Shown here one piece after another: positions 28,314 to 38,200 of a stretch of 61,019 bases of DNA (the first letter of the stretch is position 1; each line of letters starts with the position of its first letter). Source of the DNA: a virus (Duplodnaviria; Caudoviricetes); the IMG/VR virus record IMGVR_UViG_3300020171_000029, positions 1 to 61,019 of that record; one strand, written 5' to 3'. Both the position numbers and the translations under genes were made by a program. The notes under the pieces were generated by a model. The model saw only the letters and a list, made by a program, of their open reading frames with translations, was not told the DNA's origin and did no database searches.

Positions 28314-28897
28314 ACTGTATAGAAGAAATTTGGCAATTACATAGAAATAGTAAATCTTATACTGGTGCATATCCAGAAGGATATATAAGAAATGTTGATA
28401 AACTTATAACATTAACAGGAAAAAAAGTTTTACATTTATTTGGCGGTATTACAAAAGAAGATAAAAATAATCATACAAATGATACAAAACAAGAAAAAGC
28501 AACATTTCATTTTGATGCAAGAAAAAAATTTCCGATTAATGATGAAGAATATGATGTTGTTATGTGCGACCCTCCTTATGATTTAGAAGAAAATTTTATA
28601 CATTTATCAGATAAGAAAAAGAGATTGCATTATGGAAAAAATCTTTATGATACTCCATTTGTTCCACCATATAGTTTTATAGATGAAGCAGTTAGAGTTT
28701 GTAAACATAAAGGATTTATATGTGTTTTGCATTTTTTAGTTTATAAAATTCCAAAAGGAACTAAAAGATATGCATTAATTCCAATTATTTCTGGTCCTAA
28801 TTTAAGAATAAGATGTTTAAGTATATTTCAAAAAATAAATAATAATGAAGAAATACAAATTTTAAACAAAAAATTAATACAACAAAAATTAATATGA
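28310..28897 (+). CDS. Putative amino-methyltransferase (DPPY)
   Basis: YTGAYP, VLHLFGG, DVVMCDPPY; ends QQKLI. Confidence 0.75.
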   Translation: MNCIEEIWQLHRNSKSYTGAYPEGYIRNVDKLITLTGKKVLHLFGGITKEDKNNHTNDTKQEKATFHFDARKKFPINDEEYDVVMCDPPYDLEENFIHLSDKKKRLHYGKNLYDTPFVPPYSFIDEAVRVCKHKGFICVLHFLVYKIPKGTKRYALIPIISGPNLRIRCLSIFQKINNNEEIQILNKKLIQQKLI

Positions 28898-29481
28898 AAA
28901 TACTAAATTTATATGCAGGAATTGGAGGAAATAGAAAACTTTGGGGAGATGAACATGAAGTTACTGCAATTGAAATTAATCCAGAGATTGCTGGGATATA
29001 TAAATACAATTTTCCAAATGATAAAGTAATAGTTACAGATGCTCACCAATATTTATTGCAGCATTATCAAGAATTTGATTTTATCTGGAGCAGTCCACCT
29101 TGTCCAACACATAGTAGATTATGTTTTAGCCAACCAATTAAGAATTATCCAGACATGACTTTTTATCAACAAGTTATTTTATTAAAAAGCTGGTTTAAAG
29201 GAAAATGGGTTGTTGAAAATGTAATACCTTATTATGAAGCATTAATTAAACCAACTTTTGAATTAGGAAGGCATCCTTTTTGGAGTAACTTTAATGTTAA
29301 TAAAATAGAATTTAAGAATATTGATGTAAGTCGTTCAACAGCAGAAGAACTTTCAGAATATTTAGATATGCCTATACCAAGAATAAAAGCAAGATTATTA
29401 TTAAGAAATTGTATAGAACCTAAAATGGGTTTACATATTTTTAATTGTGCTTTTAAAAAAAGACAAGGAGTTTTAATATGA
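28894..29481 (+). CDS. C5-cytosine DNA methyltransferase (short)
   Basis: LNLYAGIGG, WSSPPC, VENV, RH; ends RQGVLI. Confidence 0.88.
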   Translation: MKILNLYAGIGGNRKLWGDEHEVTAIEINPEIAGIYKYNFPNDKVIVTDAHQYLLQHYQEFDFIWSSPPCPTHSRLCFSQPIKNYPDMTFYQQVILLKSWFKGKWVVENVIPYYEALIKPTFELGRHPFWSNFNVNKIEFKNIDVSRSTAEELSEYLDMPIPRIKARLLLRNCIEPKMGLHIFNCAFKKRQGVLI

Positions 29482-30134
29482 AACGAATACTATCAAAATC
29501 ACAAGCAAATTTATTTTTGCAATGTCCTTACAAATGGAAAAAAATATATTTAGATAAGATTTCATCTATACCATCACCTGCACAAGCGAGAGGAATTTCA
29601 ATACACAAAAAGATTGAAAAATTCTATAAAAATCTACAACCTGATATTGATTTAAAACATTTTATAAAATTTGAATTAAGAAGAATAAAAGATATGATTA
29701 AAGAAGGAAAATTTGATAAAAAATATTTTTTTCCAATATTTCAGGAATTAAAATTATATAATGAAGAACTTGGACTTAAAGGAATTGTTGATGCTGTGTT
29801 TATAAATTCAAAAGATGATGAACTTGTTGTAATAGATTGGAAGACAGGAAAATATTATCCAGATAAGTTTGACGATTATAGATTTGAACTTGCTGTTTAT
29901 GCCGAACTTTTAAAACATTCTGGAAAGGTAGATGAAAGTCCTGCTTATTGGGGAATATATTTTTCTGACCAAGATAAACTATTCTTTGAGAAGATTGATG
30001 ATGCTCATATTAAAAAAATGTATGATACAATGCATCAAGTAAGAAAAGGAATTGAAAGTGGTGAATATAAACCAAAAAGAAATGAGTGGTGTTACTGGTG
30101 CCAATTTAAACGAGAGTGTTGTTTTATAAAATAA
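29478..30134 (+). CDS. Cas4/RecB-like PD-(D/E)xK exonuclease with Fe-S cluster
   Basis: LS.S....F.QCP, G..IH, GIVD, IDWKTG, Y, CYWC....EC. Confidence 0.88.
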   Translation: MKRILSKSQANLFLQCPYKWKKIYLDKISSIPSPAQARGISIHKKIEKFYKNLQPDIDLKHFIKFELRRIKDMIKEGKFDKKYFFPIFQELKLYNEELGLKGIVDAVFINSKDDELVVIDWKTGKYYPDKFDDYRFELAVYAELLKHSGKVDESPAYWGIYFSDQDKLFFEKIDDAHIKKMYDTMHQVRKGIESGEYKPKRNEWCYWCQFKRECCFIK

Positions 30135-30135
30135 A

Positions 30136-31065
30136 ATGGAATTTAAAAAATACGATAAAATTTATGCAATTGGACATACTGAAAATTCTGATATATTTAA
30201 GGATAAAGATGATGAGATAATTATCCAGGAAAAGATTGATGGAGCTAATTTTAGATTTTATATAACAGAAGATGGTAAAATTATTTTTGGTAGTAGAAGT
30301 CAACAACTTACTTCTAATGAAGGAGAAGATACAAATATACAAAAAAATTTTCAAAGATGTATATTATATATAAGAGATAAATGGGAAAGTGTAAGAGATA
30401 TTGCTCCCAATTTATCACATTTAATTTTTTATGGGGAATGTATGGTAAAACATACTATAGCTTATGATTGGGAAATTATACCTCCTTATCTTGGATTTGA
30501 TATTTATGATATAAAAATTGGAAAATATTTAGATTATAAAGATGTAGAAACAATATTTTGTAAGAATTTAAAAGTTAACATAGTGCCACTTGTAAAAATA
30601 TGTAAAGCAAAAGATATAAAATCTATTACAGATGAGAGTGTTCCTAAAAGTATATATGCTTCAATTAGCTCTCAAGACCAACAAGCTGAAGGAATAGTTT
30701 ATAAAAATTATGATAAACAGTTAATAGCTAAATATGTAAGAGAAAAATTTAAAGAGAAAAATAGAGAAGTATTTGGCGGAAGTAAAAAGTTTGCTAAGAC
30801 AGATGATGAATACTTTGTAGCAGTATATTGTACTAATGCAAGAATTGATAAATGTATTTTCAAACTAATTGACGATGAAAATCCCCTTGATATGACCATT
30901 ATGGGAAAATTACTTAATATGGTTTACAAAGATATATGGGAAGAAAATTGGAATGAAATTGCAATAAGTAAAAAGAAGATTGATTTGTTAAATATGAAAA
31001 AATTAATTAGCAAGAGATGTTTAGAAGTATTAAAACAATCAATGGTAAATAATTCATTAAAATGA
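30136..31065 (+). CDS. Rnl2-family RNA ligase
   Basis: EKIDGAN, GSR, FYGE, GFDI, VP, EGIVYK, AKYV...FKE. Confidence 0.85.
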   Translation: MEFKKYDKIYAIGHTENSDIFKDKDDEIIIQEKIDGANFRFYITEDGKIIFGSRSQQLTSNEGEDTNIQKNFQRCILYIRDKWESVRDIAPNLSHLIFYGECMVKHTIAYDWEIIPPYLGFDIYDIKIGKYLDYKDVETIFCKNLKVNIVPLVKICKAKDIKSITDESVPKSIYASISSQDQQAEGIVYKNYDKQLIAKYVREKFKEKNREVFGGSKKFAKTDDEYFVAVYCTNARIDKCIFKLIDDENPLDMTIMGKLLNMVYKDIWEENWNEIAISKKKIDLLNMKKLISKRCLEVLKQSMVNNSLK

Positions 31066-31340
31066 GATATTTGAATATTGAACAATTAGAGTTAAAAGCG
31101 AAAAGTAAAAATAAAAGTAAACAAAACAGGACATTAACTACAATCATTAGAGCAAGAAGGATTTTAAAAATATTACAAAGAGATAATTTTATGTGTGTCA
31201 AATGCAAAGCAAAAGAAAAATTAACAATCGACCATATTGATGGAAGAAAATTTGCAAAACACGATAATGCAAAAAAATATAAATTAGATAAGTGTCAGAC
31301 ATTATGTATAGAATGTCATGATAAAAAGAATCAAAAATGA
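31062..31340 (+). CDS. HNH endonuclease
   Basis: RDNFMCVKC, LTIDHI, QTLCIECH. Confidence 0.85.
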   Translation: MRYLNIEQLELKAKSKNKSKQNRTLTTIIRARRILKILQRDNFMCVKCKAKEKLTIDHIDGRKFAKHDNAKKYKLDKCQTLCIECHDKKNQK

Positions 31341-32236
31341 TATATGAAGTAGGACTACCAAGAAAAACAATCAATTCAAAGAAAGAAGAAGCAGATTTTA
31401 TAAACAAGTATAATGGTATGAAGGCAATTTATAGAACAGTTTATAATTTTGAATTAATGAATGATTATAAACCAGACTATAATTCAGCAATAGTAAACAA
31501 ATTATTCTTCGATTTTGATGATAATGATTGTTGGAATGAAGCAAATAGACTTCATCAATTTTTGATAAAAGAAAATATAAAACATTACATCATAATGAGT
31601 GGAAAAGGATATCATATTTTTATATTGACAAAAGATTATAAACCACAGAATTTGAAAAGTTGTATTTATAATTCACAACATTATTTTATAGACAAATTAA
31701 ACCTAAAATGCGACTCACAAGTTGTTGGTGATAATGCAAGACTTCATAGAATACCAAATACTTATAATGTGAAGGCAAAGAGATTTTGTATTCCAATAAC
31801 AAAAGAACAATTTAAATCAGGTGACATAATTATAAAACAAGCAGCACAATATCAGAATTTTATAAAAAACATTTCTATAGGAACAGAGCTATTCGATGTT
31901 TCAAGATATGATTATAAATCAGATAAATTTAGTGATAAAATTATTGTTGACAATTCTAATTTTGAAAATAATTTGAATGCAGATTATGCAACTAAATCTC
32001 CTAACTTTATAAAACAATTATTATTGAAAAGGGATGCAGGATGGAATGATAGATATTTATTAATTTTATTTTTTCGTGATTCTGGATATACAAGAGAAGA
32101 AGTGTTCCAAATTCTAAAAGACAATCTTACAGAAAGGAAATTTAAGCATTGTGTTTATGAAGAGAGACAATTACAATATTTGTTTGAGAGATACGACTTA
32201 TGTTTTCCAGAGAAGTATTGTAAGATATATAAATAA
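31337..32236 (+). CDS. Archaeo-eukaryotic primase (AEP)
   Basis: FFDFD, SGKGYH, D..V.GD.ARL.RIPNT; helical C-terminal domain. Confidence 0.88.
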   Translation: MIYEVGLPRKTINSKKEEADFINKYNGMKAIYRTVYNFELMNDYKPDYNSAIVNKLFFDFDDNDCWNEANRLHQFLIKENIKHYIIMSGKGYHIFILTKDYKPQNLKSCIYNSQHYFIDKLNLKCDSQVVGDNARLHRIPNTYNVKAKRFCIPITKEQFKSGDIIIKQAAQYQNFIKNISIGTELFDVSRYDYKSDKFSDKIIVDNSNFENNLNADYATKSPNFIKQLLLKRDAGWNDRYLLILFFRDSGYTREEVFQILKDNLTERKFKHCVYEERQLQYLFERYDLCFPEKYCKIYK

Positions 32237-32329
32237 ATTATATTTTTATATATATTACTTGATTATATATTAATTTAAAAATAAAAGAAATTTAAATTAT
32301 ATAATTTTAAATTAAAGGAGAGTGACAAA

Positions 32330-32578
32330 ATCGCATACAGAGGACCTGCATTACAATACCAAATAAGAAAAACTACTACCAATAACAAAACTGGTGATAA
32401 CTATTCTATAACAATTCCGCGTATTATTGCACATAAATTTGAAGAATGTCTTTTTAGATTATGTGTTTCTGGCAATTCAATAATTTTTGAAAGTGGATGT
32501 AAAATGACTGTTAATGATATAGAGATTGATAAATCAAAAAGAATTTTTGTTGGTGGAGGAACAATAGTTTTTAAATAA
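32330..32578 (+). CDS. AbrB-like protein with apparent ATC start (not in ORF track)
   Basis: IAYRGPALQYQIRK...GDNYSITIPRIIA...SGNSIIFES; AGGAGAGTGA SD-like just upstream; no in-frame ATG/GTG/TTG upstream. Confidence 0.55.
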   Translation: MAYRGPALQYQIRKTTTNNKTGDNYSITIPRIIAHKFEECLFRLCVSGNSIIFESGCKMTVNDIEIDKSKRIFVGGGTIVFK

Positions 32579-32579
32579 A

Positions 32580-32876
32580 ATGTCATACGAAGGATATAGT
32601 CAGTTTTTAGATGAAGTTGGACATTATTGGACAACAGATTGTTATATAGAAGCAGATGAAATAAAAAATAACAATTGTCCAATTTGTGGAAAACCAGCGG
32701 TCTGGAGAAATATGGTTAATACAACAAATGGAAGTTTTGATGATTATGGAGATGGAACAAGAATTGATGGATATAAAGAACTCAAAGTTAAGAAAAAAAT
32801 ATCAGGGGTATGTAGTTGTTGTGGTGAAGAGCATGTTTGTGAGATAACTTATTATATTCCAAAGAAGAAAAAATGA
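32580..32876 (+). CDS. Zn-binding hypothetical protein
   Basis: CPICG, CSCCG. Confidence 0.65.
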   Translation: MSYEGYSQFLDEVGHYWTTDCYIEADEIKNNNCPICGKPAVWRNMVNTTNGSFDDYGDGTRIDGYKELKVKKKISGVCSCCGEEHVCEITYYIPKKKK

Positions 32877-32976
32877 AAGATAGTTATGATTTATTATTTA
32901 TGATATTAGATGATTTTGGAATTTATATTCCAGTAATTATATTTGTTGGTATATTATATATTACAAGGTTTGAGCC

Positions 32977-34215
32977 TTGGAAATTATTATGTGGGTTTAT
33001 AGGTTTTATGGTTATTTCAAATTTTATAAAATGGATGTGGAAAAAATGAGAATTCTTTGGCTTTCAGATTCACCAATGACTGTTACCGGTTATGCAACCA
33101 TAAGTTGGAATATCTGTAATAAATTAGCCGAAGCAGGACATGAAGTTTATTTTATTGGACATAATTATATCGGACAAACAATACCAAAAGGACTTGTTCT
33201 TCAAGATGGAACAAAATTTAATTTTACAATTCTTGGAGGAAGTCCACAAGCATATGCACAAAATTTATTGATGCCTTATATCAAAAAATATAATATTGAT
33301 GTTTTTGGAATTCTTCTTGACACCTTTATGACTTATCCTTGGTTACTTAATTTTGATTTTAGTCCAGCAAAATCAATCTTTTATTATCCTTCTGATGGTG
33401 GAGGAGGAATGCCATTGGGATGTGAAAATATTTTGAAAAAAGTTAATTGTCCAGTTGCTATGGCAAGATTTGGAATGAGACAAGTAAAAGAACTTTATGG
33501 AATGGATACAAAATATATTCCTCATGCTATTGATACAAAAATATATTATCCATTATCAAAAGAAGAAAAAGAACAATGTAAAATAAAGTTTGGATTGCAA
33601 GGAAAGTATGTTGTTGGTGTTGTTGCCAGAAATCAAGGTAGAAAAATGCTTGATAGAACAATCAAATCTTTTTCTTTATTTTGTAAAGATAAACCAGATG
33701 CAGTATTGTTTATGCATACCGACCCATATGATGTTGCTGCACCTTTTGATATGATGAATTTGATTAATAGATATAAATTAAATAATAGGGTTATTTTTTC
33801 TGGGATGTCATTTTTTAACGGATTTGATTATAAAAAAATGAATGAAGTTTATAATGCAATGGATTGTTTTTTACTTACAACTTCTGGAGAAGGATTTGGA
33901 GTACCAATTTTAGAAGCACATGCTTGTGGAATACCAACAATTGCTACCGATTATACAACTACTCAAGAATTACTTATTGAAGATGGACAATGTGGATTGC
34001 CAGTAAAACTTGCTTCAGAACTTACCGGTTCATGGAATGTAGAGCGAGCAATAATGGATGATAACCATTGTGTTGAGTGTTTAAACAATTTATATTTTAA
34101 TAAAGAACTAAGAGAGCAATTTGGAAATACTGGAATTGAAAAAGTAAATAAATTATATAGCTGGGAAAATGTTGGAAAGCAGTGGTGTAGTTTAATAGAG
34201 GAATTACTAAAATGA
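32977..34215 (+). CDS. GT4 (GT-B) glycosyltransferase (start probably 33031/33046)
   Basis: ILWLSDSP..TGY, IPHAID, VARNQGRK, EGFGVPILEA. Confidence 0.92.
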   Translation: MEIIMWVYRFYGYFKFYKMDVEKMRILWLSDSPMTVTGYATISWNICNKLAEAGHEVYFIGHNYIGQTIPKGLVLQDGTKFNFTILGGSPQAYAQNLLMPYIKKYNIDVFGILLDTFMTYPWLLNFDFSPAKSIFYYPSDGGGGMPLGCENILKKVNCPVAMARFGMRQVKELYGMDTKYIPHAIDTKIYYPLSKEEKEQCKIKFGLQGKYVVGVVARNQGRKMLDRTIKSFSLFCKDKPDAVLFMHTDPYDVAAPFDMMNLINRYKLNNRVIFSGMSFFNGFDYKKMNEVYNAMDCFLLTTSGEGFGVPILEAHACGIPTIATDYTTTQELLIEDGQCGLPVKLASELTGSWNVERAIMDDNHCVECLNNLYFNKELREQFGNTGIEKVNKLYSWENVGKQWCSLIEELLK

Positions 34216-34529
34216 AAATAATGATAAATTGGTTGATTTGTGATACACACAAAGATATTTGTGATTGTGAAATCAAAAAATATAAATATAAAAATTGGGA
34301 AGGAAAAGTATATATGATTTCAGGAAGTAATTTAATTTATAATTTATTAGGGAAAGATTTTTTTAAAATGCCTCCATATAATAATTGGATAAACAATAAT
34401 GGTTTTTTAATTATTAAAGCATCTAAATTTGAAAAGAAATTTCCTAATGCTAAAAAAATGAAATTTGAAATTTATGATAAATCAGAATACAATTTAGATA
34501 AATTAAAAAAGGAAAATATATTACAATGA
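34212..34529 (+). CDS. Hypothetical protein
   Basis: 105 aa, ATGA-coupled. Confidence 0.55.
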   Translation: MKIMINWLICDTHKDICDCEIKKYKYKNWEGKVYMISGSNLIYNLLGKDFFKMPPYNNWINNNGFLIIKASKFEKKFPNAKKMKFEIYDKSEYNLDKLKKENILQ

Positions 34530-35392
34530 ATTACATAATAACAGGAAATTCAGGATTAATCGGAACATATCTAAAAAAAAGTTTAGATAAAAAACATAAT
34601 TGTATTCTTCAGATAGACCAACGAGAAGGATTTAATGTATTAAGTTTAGATGGAGTTAAGTTAAATCCAAAAACACAAAAGACAGATATTTTATATCATC
34701 TTGCAGCTCATTGTAAAATTCAAGAAGGGATTGATTATCCACAATTACCTCACATAAATAATGCAGATGGAATTCATAAAGTTATGGAATTTTGTAGAAA
34801 AAATAATATACCAAAGATTGTAGCATTTTCAAGTAGCAGAGTGTTAAGTGTAAATGAAAATCCTTATACTGCAAGTAAAAAATATTTAGAAAATCTTGTA
34901 AAGGGATATACAGAATGTTACGGAATTGAACATATCATAATAAGACCAAGCACTGTTTATGGTCCTATTCATGATGTTACAAGTAGATTATTAACAACTT
35001 GGTGCATAAAAGCATTAAAAGAAGAAAAATTACCATTATATGGTGATGCGAATAAGACATTAGATTTCACACATGTTAGTGATTTTGTTGATGGAATAAA
35101 CTTGCTTGTAGATAATTGGGGTAAAACAAAAAATAAAGCTTATAATGTTTCAGGAAATGAAGAAGTAAAATTGGTTGATGTTGCTAATATGATTTTTAAA
35201 GAAGTTGGTTATAATTGGACTGTTCCACAGATAATAAACTTTCTACCGCCAGAAACAGCTCAACCGCAAAGAGTCAATGTTGATACTTCTGAAATTAGAA
35301 AGTTAGGATATAAACCAAAAGTTAAATTAGAAGATGGCATTAAAGAAATGATTAATTTTTATAAGAAGGAGGGAATAAAATGGTTAAGTTAA
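34526..35392 (+). CDS. NAD-dependent sugar epimerase/dehydratase (extended SDR)
   Basis: ITGNSGLIG, HLAA, SSS, YTASK, RPSTVYGP, DFTHVSD. Confidence 0.92.
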   Translation: MNYIITGNSGLIGTYLKKSLDKKHNCILQIDQREGFNVLSLDGVKLNPKTQKTDILYHLAAHCKIQEGIDYPQLPHINNADGIHKVMEFCRKNNIPKIVAFSSSRVLSVNENPYTASKKYLENLVKGYTECYGIEHIIIRPSTVYGPIHDVTSRLLTTWCIKALKEEKLPLYGDANKTLDFTHVSDFVDGINLLVDNWGKTKNKAYNVSGNEEVKLVDVANMIFKEVGYNWTVPQIINFLPPETAQPQRVNVDTSEIRKLGYKPKVKLEDGIKEMINFYKKEGIKWLS

Positions 35393-36624
35393 TAGTTGTA
35401 ATAATGGGACCAGGAAAGAAACATTTTGCTGAGATGTGTTTGGATAGTGTTAAAGATGCTGACAAGATTTTGTATTGGACAAGTGCTAATTTTTTACCAT
35501 TTCCAGTTACAAAAGATGTAGAAGAACATTATAATTTTTGGGACGAAACAGACCCAGCAACAAATGGAAAATGTAGACAAAGATATTTGGAACATCTTAA
35601 AGAAAACTATCCAGATGATTGGTGTCTTGTTCTTGATGAAGACGAACTAATTGAAGACTTAGAAAAAATTAGAGAGTTTATAAACAATCCACAAACACAA
35701 AAACTTGGAGGTGCTTGGCAAGTAAAGATGAGACACTTTATAGGAGATTTAGGACATGAAGATGCAACTGTTCAAGAGCATTATGTTCCAAATAGATTAT
35801 TTAAGATAAGTGATGCTGAGTATTACCCAGAACATTCTCATCCTATTTTAGTTACAAAAGGTGGACAATCACAAAGATATCGAGCAACAACAATTTTCCA
35901 CTTAGGACATTTGCCAGTAAGCTATATGGATTATATATTAAAAAGATATAAACAACATGCTAAAGATAGCATAATTCATAATCAAGAATTTTTAAAGCAA
36001 TGGAAAATAAGTCACTTGTTAGGAGTGTATCCCACAAGACAAATTAATCCTCTTGAATTACCAAAACAAATTTGCGATAGATATGAAATTGATAAAGATG
36101 AATTTTATTTTGCAGATAGAAAAAATTTAGAAGCAAAACACTTTATGATGATAAGGAATTGGTTTGATAAGTTTAATCCAAAATCAATTTTAGATATAGG
36201 ATGTGGATTTGGATTATTTGGATATGCAGCAAAAACAATTAATCCAGAAATAGAATATACAGGAGTAGATATAAGCAAGTATGTTGGAAAATATTGGAAT
36301 GATAATATTGGAGAACTTATAGTTAATGATATAACAAATGTTTTTATAAATAAGCATTATGATTTAATTTTATTTATAGACATATTAGAACATTTATTAT
36401 ATGAAGATTTAGAAATTGTTTTAAAAAATGAATGTAATAGAGATGGCGCTTTTATATTTTCAATACCATTTGAAGGTGACCCAAATCTTGAAGCAGATGC
36501 TACACATATTATCAAAGAAGATAAAGATTGGTGGGTAGAAAAATTAAGTAAATATTTTAATATAAGAGATGCTCCAAAAGAATGGTTATTCTCACAACAA
36601 TTATTAATAGGAGAGAAAAAATGA
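35380..36624 (+). CDS. GT-A glycosyltransferase fused to class I SAM methyltransferase
   Basis: WCLVLDEDE, RLF, HLGH; C-terminal ILDIGCGFG, GVDIS, DILEH. Confidence 0.85.
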   Translation: MVKLIVVIMGPGKKHFAEMCLDSVKDADKILYWTSANFLPFPVTKDVEEHYNFWDETDPATNGKCRQRYLEHLKENYPDDWCLVLDEDELIEDLEKIREFINNPQTQKLGGAWQVKMRHFIGDLGHEDATVQEHYVPNRLFKISDAEYYPEHSHPILVTKGGQSQRYRATTIFHLGHLPVSYMDYILKRYKQHAKDSIIHNQEFLKQWKISHLLGVYPTRQINPLELPKQICDRYEIDKDEFYFADRKNLEAKHFMMIRNWFDKFNPKSILDIGCGFGLFGYAAKTINPEIEYTGVDISKYVGKYWNDNIGELIVNDITNVFINKHYDLILFIDILEHLLYEDLEIVLKNECNRDGAFIFSIPFEGDPNLEADATHIIKEDKDWWVEKLSKYFNIRDAPKEWLFSQQLLIGEKK

Positions 36625-36763
36625 CAGAAAAAGAAAGAGAAATCGAAAGTATAATAAATAAAACAGAAAAAGTAATTGGTGTTAATGGAGCAACTTTTGA
36701 TTACAAAAATTTAATTGTTCAAGCTAAAACAATGGACGAATGTAAAAAAGTGTTTGACGAGGA

Positions 36764-37189
36764 ATGGGAAAAATGAGAAAATATAATTTGACTCTTAGTG
36801 AACTGGTTGATAGATTATACATAGTAACACTCAAGTCAATTAAAATACCACAACATAAAAAAGAATATGAAGATGAGGCAAAACTAATTATGGATGATAT
36901 TCATACAATTATGAAGACAAAAAAGATTTCTGAATGGGGACAATTTATAAGAGCATTAGGAATAATTATGTTATCGAATGAAGTGATTTGGCAAAATGAA
37001 TCTGAAGCAAGAAAAGGCAAATCAAATCAAGACCACTTATTAAAATTCACTCATAGTGTTAATGGAGTAAGAAGTAATGCTAAAAATGTCATAAGCCAAT
37101 TGACTGGTGAGAGAAAAGATTTAAAGTTAGATTGTTTGGCTGCTGAACTTTGTAAATCACAAGGATATGATTTTGGAGGAATATTATGA
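36764..37189 (+). CDS. Helical protein of a type often found in glycan loci (DUF6165/DUF4254-like)
   Basis: SELVDRL.I..LK, N..IW..E, N..R...K..I pattern (recalled, unverified). Confidence 0.5.
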   Translation: MGKMRKYNLTLSELVDRLYIVTLKSIKIPQHKKEYEDEAKLIMDDIHTIMKTKKISEWGQFIRALGIIMLSNEVIWQNESEARKGKSNQDHLLKFTHSVNGVRSNAKNVISQLTGERKDLKLDCLAAELCKSQGYDFGGIL

Positions 37190-37357
37190 AATACGAAAAT
37201 ATGATACACGGAGAAACTATTAGAACAATAATGAATAGAAATAAATGCGACCCAATTAAATTCAATATGATGTTCTGTGATGAATACATGATGCAGAATT
37301 GTAAGATGACTTGTGAGTATGCAATCAAAATGAGTAAATTAGAAGAAGGAGTGAAAT

Positions 37358-38041
37358 ATGAATAAAAAAGAATTGGTAGATTTTGAAAAGAATATTATTA
37401 AAGAATTTAAAAAAGGAGAAACATATGGACCGGTTCATCTTTCAGGAGGAAATGAAGATGCTCTTATAAAAATATTTAAAAAAGTTAAACCACAAGACTG
37501 GATATTCTCAACTCATCGCTCGCACTATCATGCTCTATTAAAATCACAAGATAAAAAATGGCTTACCGATGAGATTATAAAGAATGCAAACTCAAGTCAT
37601 ATTAATTCAAGAACACATAAAATATTTACATCAGCAATTGTTGGTGGAATAATTCCGATTGCTCTTGGTGTTGCTATGGGAATAAAAAGAAAGTGGGAAA
37701 TACCTTGTTTAGACAAGGATGGAAAAGTAGATGTTGAACCAAACCATAAAGCTCATGTTTGGTGCTTTGTAGGAGACATGGCATCAGAGATGGGATGTTT
37801 TCATGAAGCAATAAAATATGCTAATGGAAATAAATTACCTATAACTTTTATAATAGAAGATAATGCTATTGGATGTAACTCTCCAACTAAAAAAGTTTGG
37901 GGAGGAAGAACATGGGGATGGCCATCTAATGTTATACATTATACATATGTTAGATATTATCCTCATTACGGAATTGGTGAATGGGTTATATTTAAGAAAA
38001 AGAAATTTAAATCACAAGGAGATTATAATGCTTATAAATAA
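37358..38041 (+). CDS. TPP-dependent E1 alpha-like subunit (short)
   Basis: HLSGGNE, THRSH, AIVGG, GDMASEMG.FHE...EDN TPP motif. Confidence 0.9.
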   Translation: MNKKELVDFEKNIIKEFKKGETYGPVHLSGGNEDALIKIFKKVKPQDWIFSTHRSHYHALLKSQDKKWLTDEIIKNANSSHINSRTHKIFTSAIVGGIIPIALGVAMGIKRKWEIPCLDKDGKVDVEPNHKAHVWCFVGDMASEMGCFHEAIKYANGNKLPITFIIEDNAIGCNSPTKKVWGGRTWGWPSNVIHYTYVRYYPHYGIGEWVIFKKKKFKSQGDYNAYK

Positions 38042-38200
38042 ATTTATTAATTTAGGGAATGGTTATTTAGATATAACAAAAATTATTGGTATTTGGAAAC
38101 AAGAATCAATGGATTATCCATATATTGTTTTATATGGTAATGGAAGAATTGGAATAACTCAAAGAGATTTTATTAAATTAAAAAAAGAATTAAAATTAAA

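Noticed and set aside
29478-30134. Cas4-like gene as part of a CRISPR-Cas system
   Set aside because: No cas1/cas2 or array; solo Cas4-like nucleases are common in archaeal virus replication modules
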